A DNA stretch of 64,000 nucleotides, from positions 64,001 through 128,000 of the IMG/VR virus record IMGVR_UViG_3300031949_000001, one strand, 5' to 3'. The translations under genes and the position numbers were made by a program. Under the pieces are notes generated by a model. The model was given only the letters and a program-made list of their open reading frames with translations, made no database searches and was not told where the DNA came from. This stretch comes from a virus (lineage: Duplodnaviria; Heunggongvirae; Uroviricota; Caudoviricetes). Positions 44,504 to 52,471 of the stretch are shown one piece after another (position 1 is the stretch's first letter; every line of letters starts with the position of its first letter).

Positions 44504-46252
44504 TTATAGTTTGACGATCTTCTTCCCGTGCAACTTGTCGTCAAGTTTCTCTCCTTTGTTGTTCAAGACAAGCATGTGTAGAAGAGCTAAGTAGAATACT
44601 TTTTTGTCAAGGGATAGCTCTGTAATTTGTTGGCTTGTTCTAACAGGAGTACCGTGAAGTTCACATAATTTTTCGTAGAATTCTTTGATGGTGAGTGGCG
44701 TCGCGTTACTCTCATTAATTTCACTTAGATAGTCACAAGCGCATGTAAGAGCCTTCTGATAACGATAGGTTTTGCCGCGCTCTTTTGCGAGTTCGTAAAA
44801 TCGTCCCAAGATCAATTTGTAATCCGGGAGTTTATCGATGAATATGTCAACTTCACCGACTGGAATATGGAAACCTGTAATGTGTTTGTACATCAGATGG
44901 GAAATAGCTTTGGCAAAGATAGGTTGTTCGCCCTTTTCGGCGACCGCTTCTACAAGATCTCTATGCTTCTTTTGGAATCCTTTTTTGACTAGATCGTTTT
45001 GAAGATCCAAGAACAATTGTACAACCTTTTGACACATGTCATCTGGTCTAAACATACGACCAGAAGCGTCCATATTACCGGCTGGACACTGATAACAGAA
45101 GTTCTGAAGGTCACAAGTTTTGCATTGTTCTTCTACGATGAACATTTCTTTATATGCTTTTTGAAAGTGATCATAACGATCAATGTAAAGTTTGTCTTCG
45201 AAAATGTTCCCAAGGATGGTATCTGCTGCTTTTTCCTTTTGATTAGTGAAGAAATAGCAACCAGAAAAGTCACCGGAGCCGTCAATTGCGATCATATCCG
45301 ATCCAACCATACAGTTGTTCTCTTCCTTTACACCCACACCTTCTGCGAATTGAATCTCAAAGTCGTAGAAATTGTCAAGAATGTAAAGAATGTCGTGATG
45401 AAGTTTCTTCCATTCAGCTTCTGACCAATGAATGTAACCGTCACGCGAACTCATGGTCAATGGATGGACGACCATCGTACGGAGTCCTTTATCGAAAAGC
45501 TTGGATACAAATTCGATTAGATATGGTGCATTCTCACGGGATAGCGTGCATCGAACACCAACCATATGATTATCTTTGAACGATTGCGGAATCAAGCCGA
45601 TCATGTCAATAATGTGGTCGATTCTATCTTGACCAATTTCGCGATGATCGACCTCTTCACGCATCGTATCTAGACTGATTGTCATGTTTACGAATTCGTA
45701 GTTGAAAAACTCTTCGATGAAATCTGGAGTCAATAAAAGACCGTTGGTAATCATACCGACGTGCTGACGATTCATGTTACCAATCAAGTAGTCTTTATAC
45801 TTCTTCAAGAATCCGATTATGAGGTCTTTATGGATCAGAGGTTCACCACCGAAGAACTGGAATTTCTTTCCAGAATTTTCATTGATGTTCAATAGAAAAT
45901 CGTAGGCTTTCAGAATAGATTCTTCTGTGAATCGACCATAGTCTTTTTTATGTTGTTCATAGCAATACGAGCATGATAGGTTGCAAGCGTTCGTTAAAAT
46001 AGCGTTCATGTGTTGCAAGTCGGCAAACATGGTTGCGCGCATCTCTGTGATTGTGATGATCTTTTCGGTTGGCTTTGGAACTACGGAAATGAGACTGTTT
46101 TTCTTTTGAAAACCTTTTGGGGTTGTGATCATTTCGACAGAAATTTTTAACTGACCGTCACCCGTAGCAGATGCTGCGTGATCTTGAATACGTTCAAGCT
46201 GGGCGCTGTTAAGCTTTCGATATATCGATATCGGTTGTGCAACGGCATTCAT
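44504..46252 (-). CDS. radical SAM / SPASM-domain protein with C-terminal extension
   Basis: CNLSCSYC, FFGGEP, ITNG, SLD; CMVG..GDFSGC, CKTC..FCYQCPAG..MC. Confidence 0.93.
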   Translation of the reverse strand: MNAVAQPISIYRKLNSAQLERIQDHAASATGDGQLKISVEMITTPKGFQKKNSLISVVPKPTEKIITITEMRATMFADLQHMNAILTNACNLSCSYCYEQHKKDYGRFTEESILKAYDFLLNINENSGKKFQFFGGEPLIHKDLIIGFLKKYKDYLIGNMNRQHVGMITNGLLLTPDFIEEFFNYEFVNMTISLDTMREEVDHREIGQDRIDHIIDMIGLIPQSFKDNHMVGVRCTLSRENAPYLIEFVSKLFDKGLRTMVVHPLTMSSRDGYIHWSEAEWKKLHHDILYILDNFYDFEIQFAEGVGVKEENNCMVGSDMIAIDGSGDFSGCYFFTNQKEKAADTILGNIFEDKLYIDRYDHFQKAYKEMFIVEEQCKTCDLQNFCYQCPAGNMDASGRMFRPDDMCQKVVQLFLDLQNDLVKKGFQKKHRDLVEAVAEKGEQPIFAKAISHLMYKHITGFHIPVGEVDIFIDKLPDYKLILGRFYELAKERGKTYRYQKALTCACDYLSEINESNATPLTIKEFYEKLCELHGTPVRTSQQITELSLDKKVFYLALLHMLVLNNKGEKLDDKLHGKKIVKL

Positions 46253-46262
46253 GTGTTGCCCT

Positions 46263-47186
46263 TTATGATTTTACGACTACGAATTCAAACTCCAGCTTTT
46301 CAGCCGGATCTACCATGTTGAAAAACTTGCCTGCGTCAATTGAATACTTGATGTATCCTATAGGTTTAGTGACTTGAACGCTAAGCTTATTTCCGTCCTG
46401 TGGAATAACGGTTAGATCGCTTGAAATGGTAACTTCCAAGTTAGGAATTGTTCCTTCAGTAGCATGGTGTTTGAAAATAGTTCTACCGAACAAATCGATA
46501 GTGAACTGATCGGTCGTGGCGATTAAAACGTTTGACCCGATTTTGATGACAGTGTCTCCAAATTCCGGTGCGAAGAAGTTCTCTTTTATGTGAGTTTTAC
46601 TATCGAGGCGATATGTTATGTCATTTTTTTCATCTGTGTAATCGAGTCCATCAGAGAGTTTGACAAGGTTCGAATCGAGAATCATGTAATAAACCGAAAG
46701 AGGCTTCATTTTAACCATACCGAAAAGAGTCGTGATGAAGGTGACCTTTTGATTTTGGTTTGTGTTAATTGGTTCTTTGGTATCGTAGTCGATAAGAACA
46801 TCATTCTCATCACGAATTACATACTTTGCATTTTGGATGAGCGAGTAATCAACAACTAGATGACTGTCAGAGTAGAATCCGAATAATACGAAATCGTAAC
46901 CCGAATCAAGGATGCTCATCATCTTCTTGGTATCAATTGGTCTGAATGTGTCTTCGTTTTGAGTTGCTTGTGTAGGATCAACAGTAAAGTGAAATAAAGC
47001 AAGAGGTAATTCTGGTTTTGTTTCGGTCCGATTCCGACCAATACGAAGATTGAAATCCATGTGAGTATAGAACCCGACCTGTTGATCATAGTCTATCTTG
47101 TCAGCACGCATGTTTACGGTTTCCATTAAATCACGGAAAATGCTAGGTTTTGCGTCGCCTTCCTTTACAAAAATAAACGTCTTCAT
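46263..47186 (-). CDS. hypothetical protein coupled to the Cys-rich gene
   Basis: 307 aa, TAATG overlap with 47186-47467. Confidence 0.8.
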   Translation of the reverse strand: MKTFIFVKEGDAKPSIFRDLMETVNMRADKIDYDQQVGFYTHMDFNLRIGRNRTETKPELPLALFHFTVDPTQATQNEDTFRPIDTKKMMSILDSGYDFVLFGFYSDSHLVVDYSLIQNAKYVIRDENDVLIDYDTKEPINTNQNQKVTFITTLFGMVKMKPLSVYYMILDSNLVKLSDGLDYTDEKNDITYRLDSKTHIKENFFAPEFGDTVIKIGSNVLIATTDQFTIDLFGRTIFKHHATEGTIPNLEVTISSDLTVIPQDGNKLSVQVTKPIGYIKYSIDAGKFFNMVDPAEKLEFEFVVVKS

Positions 47187-47467
47187 TAAAGGGTTCCTCT
47201 AGTGCATGCGCAGTTACAGTTGCAGTTGCATGCTGTACTGTAATCGTCATAAAAGATGTGGGTATGGTCGATCAACTCATTCAACACGTCGAGCATTTGA
47301 TTAAAGCTACTAGCGGTAGCATCATTTCCATCCACTCTATCTGCTGCGGGCGTTTGTTGCGGAGTGTATGTATTAACCGGAAAACCGGTTGTTGGATCAG
47401 CACCAGGAGGACTATCGGGTACTTTTGCGTTTGCCCCGGTTCTTGCCGGTCCTAATGTGTTCGACAT
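47186..47467 (-). CDS. 93-aa protein with C-terminal (Cys-X)5 tract; candidate radical SAM substrate
   Basis: ends HTHIFYDDYSTACNCNCNCACTRGTL; AAGGA RBS. Confidence 0.85.
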   Translation of the reverse strand: MSNTLGPARTGANAKVPDSPPGADPTTGFPVNTYTPQQTPAADRVDGNDATASSFNQMLDVLNELIDHTHIFYDDYSTACNCNCNCACTRGTL

Positions 47468-47476
47468 TTTTTATCC

Positions 47477-47950
47477 TTATGACGTTTGATCACTAATTTG
47501 ATGCGAATGGGTTCGCACGAAATTGATCCCCTGATTTATTACATTGAAATCTGTGTTACTTAATTCACTACCCGGTGGACTTGTTGGAAGAACACCACCT
47601 GATAGTGGTGTAACGACAGTGACTGGACCAGGGGCACCTGTTATCGCAGTTGTAGACTTTGGGTTTGGTGTTCCGAAGGTACCACCACCATAAACTGGGA
47701 AGTTACCAAAAGTGTCCACACCTCGCAAGTCTGGATAAGCGTGCGTGTGTAATCTATACGCATTGTAGATGCCTGCCAAAATTCGAAAGTGTACAGCCTC
47801 AATTACATGACCAGCCACCACAACAGCTTTTAAAGTCAAAATCGCAGCCTTAAACCCAGCAATAGTCGCAGCCGCTGATCCACTTGGATATTGTGGTGGT
47901 GCTGCTGGAAATGTTATTGTTCCTGGAAGTGTTCTTTGTACTGTTGGCAT
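47477..47950 (-). CDS. hypothetical virion-like protein with two HxH motifs
   Basis: RLHTHAYPD and RTHSHQISD, similar to the HTH..D motif of the 93-aa neighbour. Confidence 0.75.
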   Translation of the reverse strand: MPTVQRTLPGTITFPAAPPQYPSGSAAATIAGFKAAILTLKAVVVAGHVIEAVHFRILAGIYNAYRLHTHAYPDLRGVDTFGNFPVYGGGTFGTPNPKSTTAITGAPGPVTVVTPLSGGVLPTSPPGSELSNTDFNVINQGINFVRTHSHQISDQTS

Positions 47951-47992
47951 ACTTCAATTATCCACTTATTTCAACGGTTGTCAACATCTATC

Positions 47993-49555
47993 TTATGTGT
48001 AGATTGCTGGATATACTTGTATCCAATCGGAACTGGTTGCGGCACCGCCGCCGATATGCGCTACAATCCAAATTTTACCAGTGACTGTGCCAATGTAAAT
48101 GTTACCTTGACCAAACGGTGTAATGTTGTCGCCTGTTGGACCTGGACCATTAGCATGGGTTCCCGTAAATGTATATGCTGCTGTCTGACCACCAGGAACC
48201 TGGAAGGTTGGAGTCACGAGAGGAGAAACTGCCTTTGAAATTTCAAGCAAAACGTAATTTCTCGTAGCCGCATCTTGTGCGAGAAGCGGATCGGTGACGC
48301 TTCGAATTAAGTTAGTTCCCATATCCATTGGGGCTGTGCCAGCACCAACGAAATTGAGTGAACCAGTCATTGTGTCGCCGATTATGTTTACGTATCTACC
48401 ATCTGCGAATGATAATGTCATCGCATCTTGTGCCGCAAGCGGATCGGTGACATTAGTAATTCTGTGGCTTCCCATATCAAGGATGCCCGTCATTGGTGAA
48501 TTTGCACCATCAATCTTGAGATATATGAGGTTTGCGGATGCGACGTTTAATCCACCAGTGCCATTAGCGAGATTACCATTAGCACCCGAACCAACTGGAA
48601 TGGTGCTTGCTGTAACGGTAATGTTTGTGTCTGGACCACTGTTTGCAGAAGCAACAACCGTATATGCGATATTGGCGGCATTCAAAGAATTGTTATCAAC
48701 GTAAACTGTATCACCCACCGTAAACAAAGATTGATGATTTCCGGAAATCGTCCAAGCATTAGCAAGACCAATCGTAACTGCGACGATATTAAATGCAGTG
48801 TTCGCGAGATTTATGATGTTGTTTCCATTCATATTCAACGTTGTGTTCGCAACTGTCGTTTGAATAGGAACAAATGTGACACCATCCCAAACAGTTAGTA
48901 TTGGTGGGACCGTAGAGTAATCAAAATAAACTTGACCGATAATTGGTGATGGTGGTTGCTGTGAGACTTCTACCTGTCCTGACGGAACTCCTTGAGCGAC
49001 AGGGACTGTAGGTGAATACACAGTTGATGTGATTTCGGTCTGATCTGTACCACTGTTCCAAAATGACGAAATTACTTGATATACACCATTATTTGCTGGA
49101 AAAGATGAATCATTTCCAACAGCAAAATTCACGCCAGCGCTAAATGCCGTCGTTTGGTCTCCTGCAATATAGAGTTTGAGTGGTGCTAATGTAACTGCTA
49201 ACAAATTAAAGTTGAAAGAAATGACGTTACCTGGAGCTAGAGTCCAACCCGACGCCGTGAAAACCTTAAGTGTGCTTACTGCATAATCGAACCAAGTCTG
49301 ACCAATTGTTGGGAGCGTCGGTTCTATACCGTCACTTGCGAAATTTTCTAAGAGATGAACAAAGTTATCATCGATCATTTGCCCGTATCTAAGGGCACCT
49401 TGACCAAAAAGGGTGAGGGATGTGTGGGCTTTTTCTGGATGAGGAGGTAGAACTAATAATTGATCCGGACCGTCGTGTTGCGCTGGCGCGATTGTGAAGG
49501 TCGTTTTTCCAGGCAACGTAGAGTCTGTGAATTGTATGGCGTATACTGAGGACAT
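47993..49555 (-). CDS. tail fibre / baseplate-associated protein
   Basis: YAIQFTD, TSLTLFGQG..YG..NFVHLLENF..GQTWFD, ITNVTDP..AQDA repeats. Confidence 0.85.
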   Translation of the reverse strand: MSSVYAIQFTDSTLPGKTTFTIAPAQHDGPDQLLVLPPHPEKAHTSLTLFGQGALRYGQMIDDNFVHLLENFASDGIEPTLPTIGQTWFDYAVSTLKVFTASGWTLAPGNVISFNFNLLAVTLAPLKLYIAGDQTTAFSAGVNFAVGNDSSFPANNGVYQVISSFWNSGTDQTEITSTVYSPTVPVAQGVPSGQVEVSQQPPSPIIGQVYFDYSTVPPILTVWDGVTFVPIQTTVANTTLNMNGNNIINLANTAFNIVAVTIGLANAWTISGNHQSLFTVGDTVYVDNNSLNAANIAYTVVASANSGPDTNITVTASTIPVGSGANGNLANGTGGLNVASANLIYLKIDGANSPMTGILDMGSHRITNVTDPLAAQDAMTLSFADGRYVNIIGDTMTGSLNFVGAGTAPMDMGTNLIRSVTDPLLAQDAATRNYVLLEISKAVSPLVTPTFQVPGGQTAAYTFTGTHANGPGPTGDNITPFGQGNIYIGTVTGKIWIVAHIGGGAATSSDWIQVYPAIYT

Positions 49556-49586
49556 AACGGTTATTCTCCGAGAACTTATTTCTCAG

Positions 49587-49593
49587 TATTTAT
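49587..49593 (-). promoter_or_regulatory. late-type promoter motif ATAAATA
   Basis: intergenic, upstream of the fibre gene that heads the radical SAM run. Confidence 0.6.
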
Positions 49594-49603
49594 CTTCAGT
49601 CTA

Positions 49604-50338
49604 TCAAATATTTAACTCCTTGGCTTTAGTGTCCATCCATTTGACGATTTCGGGATTATTTTCAAATTTATATTCCCAAAACGGTTTCTTGATTAAATTG
49701 GTAAACAATTCTTTCTCTTCAGTATCTAAACTTTGAAGATACCTTCCGAAGCGCCGACTCCGTAACAAAAGCCAAGGGGTGAATTTTCGCTCTCGAATGA
49801 ACTGCATTACATCACCCGGTTGAAGCTGATCGAACACATCCTCTACCTTACAATCGAACGCCTCGGCGATTTGACTCAAGAATTTGACAGTCTTTTCTCC
49901 AAGTTCAATCGGAGAAGCCGTATGGTCAAGATATTCCATGAACAAAGCGTATATCTGATCGTTTGTCCAAAGCTGGGGTGGAATGTTTTTTTCTCGCATC
50001 ATCTGAATAAAAATATCGATCTCGGTAATATGAACTCGTTGCGCGAAATCGGCGAAACGCATGAAGGAACGATAATAACGTTTCGAATTAACGAAATTGT
50101 GGATGTCTACCGTCTTCTTGTAGGTTTTGAGCCATTTTTGGTAATACGTCCATGCGACCTGTCCCAGCGGAGTTTTGATTTCATCCTCCCGACGCATTAA
50201 TTCGCACTTGTGTAGCAAAAATGGATCTTCTCGTAAAAACACCTTAAGGCAATAGGTGCATTGATATGTCGGGGTATCGTCAATTACTTGAGTTTTTTGA
50301 ACTCTGCTTTTATTTTTGTAAGTTCGTCTTTCTCGCAT
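49604..50338 (-). CDS. conserved phage protein with N-terminal zinc finger
   Basis: YQCTYC..F......HKC; start uncertain. Confidence 0.7.
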   Translation of the reverse strand: MRERRTYKNKSRVQKTQVIDDTPTYQCTYCLKVFLREDPFLLHKCELMRREDEIKTPLGQVAWTYYQKWLKTYKKTVDIHNFVNSKRYYRSFMRFADFAQRVHITEIDIFIQMMREKNIPPQLWTNDQIYALFMEYLDHTASPIELGEKTVKFLSQIAEAFDCKVEDVFDQLQPGDVMQFIRERKFTPWLLLRSRRFGRYLQSLDTEEKELFTNLIKKPFWEYKFENNPEIVKWMDTKAKELNI

Positions 50339-50757
50339 CCGAGGTCTCCCGCCATTTCAAGGATATCTGATTCCTTGAAAATTTTCAGTAGATCCACCGC
50401 TTGCCGGTGGCTTAGATAAGGATCGTTTCTCTTGATTACGTCAAGAGAGGTTGGCATCGTTGGCATCGACTTACCTTTTGCTTTTTGCCATGTGTACTTT
50501 TTGAATGAACCGTTCGTACACACGGTCATCAGCATAAAGAGTAGCTCTTTATGCTTGGATAATTCAAATACAAATGGATTAACAACTTCATTTAGAAATG
50601 TGATTTGACCAGGATTGGTTGTGCCTGATAACCAACGCATGATTATCAACGGCACGAATTCTTTTTTTTCCTGATCAGAAAGTTCTCGATAATAAGTTCT
50701 TTTCTTTTTGTTGATATTACCTAACAATTCAAATAAGTCCAGTGTTCGTTCCGTCAT
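50284..50757 (-). CDS. clamp loader small subunit (gp62-like)
   Basis: LDLFELL..I.KK, L...EKKEF.P..IMRWLS, NE.VN; replication context. Confidence 0.65.
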   Translation of the reverse strand: MTERTLDLFELLGNINKKKRTYYRELSDQEKKEFVPLIIMRWLSGTTNPGQITFLNEVVNPFVFELSKHKELLFMLMTVCTNGSFKKYTWQKAKGKSMPTMPTSLDVIKRNDPYLSHRQAVDLLKIFKESDILEMAGDLGCEKDELTKIKAEFKKLK

Positions 50758-51715
50758 TTCCAAGTATCCAGGTTGCGTCGTGACTTACCTTAGTGTCGTA
50801 TATAGAGAATTCCGTGATGACTTTACCGTCAATCTTAACCGAAGTAGATTCAACACGAAGTAGCAAATATTCAAGTAAAGTTTCTGTATCATGCTGGAAT
50901 TTTTGCGCCCAACCCTTATACTCTCTGAATGTTACTATAAGTGTGATGGTTCCGTCATCATGTCTTTTGGAGGTATTTTGAGACAAATGAAGACTTCCAG
51001 CATAGAAAATTTTGACGAACTTTTCAAGCGCAGGCTTATCAGCTTCTGATAGTCTAACGGGAATATGTGCCTCAAAATAACAATCCTTGGGCATTTTTTC
51101 ATAATCACCGCTGGTTTGAGGAGCAGCAGGATGCCAAGGTACAGTTTCGATTTTAATTCTCGTTATCTCCCATCCACTACGTTGTATTTCTTGAGAGATT
51201 CGTTGCGCTTCTAAATAGGCACTTTTATTGTCTCCAAAATGCTTTGAAGAAGTCATAACGTCGGTCAGAACAACCATCGAATCGCGTTGTAAATCTAGAA
51301 TGATTGGCTTAACTCCAATATCCTTGCAAAGTGCCTCAAAAAAATCATAAGTCAACCAAGGACTGGCTTTAATAGTAACATGAATTTCGTAAGGTAATGG
51401 AAATTGAGCTTTGTCTTCGTTCGCCTGAAGTTTCGCCCATTTCTCTGCCTTCCGTACAGTCATTGCTTCGATATCTTCATGAGTATATCCCAAATGATAT
51501 GCAATGGACAGCGCGCAGAGTATAGAATCGGAACACTCTTCTAGAATGTCTTCAGGCTCAGCAAAACGATGATTGGTGCCATAGGCGCTATCATATGGTA
51601 GGATGACCTTAGCTAGCTCTCCAACCTCTTCAGTGAGCTTTAAACCCTTTTGGGCAAGAGTCTTCTTATCTCGAACCGAAAGGGTTTGAATATAATCAAG
51701 AAATTCTTTTTTCAT
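50729..51715 (-). CDS. MazG-like NTP pyrophosphohydrolase fused to a duplicated uncharacterised domain
   Basis: KLTEEVGELA..EECSD; then YEIHVT..RIKIE and YFEAH..; start moved to MKKEFLD. Confidence 0.75.
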   Translation of the reverse strand: MKKEFLDYIQTLSVRDKKTLAQKGLKLTEEVGELAKVILPYDSAYGTNHRFAEPEDILEECSDSILCALSIAYHLGYTHEDIEAMTVRKAEKWAKLQANEDKAQFPLPYEIHVTIKASPWLTYDFFEALCKDIGVKPIILDLQRDSMVVLTDVMTSSKHFGDNKSAYLEAQRISQEIQRSGWEITRIKIETVPWHPAAPQTSGDYEKMPKDCYFEAHIPVRLSEADKPALEKFVKIFYAGSLHLSQNTSKRHDDGTITLIVTFREYKGWAQKFQHDTETLLEYLLLRVESTSVKIDGKVITEFSIYDTKVSHDATWILGNDGTNTGLI

Positions 51716-52085
51716 CGGTCTCTTCTCCATCCTCTTCAATAAAGCTGGCTGGTCGCATTTTAGCTTCGCAAAATTTACAATCGACGTAATCGTGACCTTC
51801 ATCATCGATTTTAAATTTAAGTAAATCGAACGGATGAATACAATCTTTAACCATTTCTTGGCGCAATATCTCGATATCATCTTTGATTGGTATCATGGAT
51901 GCGTAAATTTCGAGAATTTTATCTTCCAGAGGACGAAGCTGTCTGACCATTGCTTCCATATTATCGCGCTTACGCCCCCAGGATGTTTTCTCCGGGCGTG
52001 AGGCATGATTGGCAACTAGCTCTAGGATGCGACGAATTTTAGCCTGATCGTCGCTTTCGTTCTCAGGTTTTTTCATTCTTGCCAT
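51696..52085 (-). CDS. hypothetical coiled-coil / Zn-binding protein
   Basis: CIHP..CKFC. Confidence 0.7.
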   Translation of the reverse strand: MARMKKPENESDDQAKIRRILELVANHASRPEKTSWGRKRDNMEAMVRQLRPLEDKILEIYASMIPIKDDIEILRQEMVKDCIHPFDLLKFKIDDEGHDYVDCKFCEAKMRPASFIEEDGEETDEKRIS

Positions 52086-52237
52086 TTATTTTCCCACAAA
52101 TAATAATGCAATTGCTGCAACGCCATAAGCGCCCCATGTTATACAGAGCGCGTATTCATGCCGCCATAGATAAGTTATGCAGGCGCCAGCATCAAGGATG
52201 CCAACACCCACAACCCACCAATTTATAGCTGCCCAAT

Positions 52238-52471
52238 TCATTTCACTCGAACTTCGTTGGTCGTTTCAATCCAGAGTACAGCACCGCATTGGAGAGGCTT
52301 CTCTGGACGATAAACGATCTCACACACAATCTCATCATTAACGATGATTTGAGCGTTGTGTCCGCGTATGTTGCCCTTGCTAGTCTTAACGGAAATGACT
52401 GGTTCTTTCGTCCCATGCTTCCGATTCTTAGCTATGGCGTGTCTATTGACGTGTATTCTGGACAGTGGCAT
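52238..52471 (-). CDS. conserved phage hypothetical protein
   Basis: IHVNRH.I..N.K.G..EPVISVK, Y.P.KPL.CGA..WIET. Confidence 0.7.
   Translation of the reverse strand: MPLSRIHVNRHAIAKNRKHGTKEPVISVKTSKGNIRGHNAQIIVNDEIVCEIVYRPEKPLQCGAVLWIETTNEVRVK

Noticed and set aside
40826-46252. Radical SAMs as QueE, NrdG or MoaA housekeeping enzymes
   Set aside because: SPASM-type C-termini, no partner que/nrdD/moa genes in the window, and tight linkage to a Cys-rich small ORF fit a protein-maturase role better
32867-48704. Many + strand ORFs over the fibre and radical SAM genes
   Set aside because: Antisense frames kept open by codon bias of Gly/Thr-rich genes; no RBS or motifs
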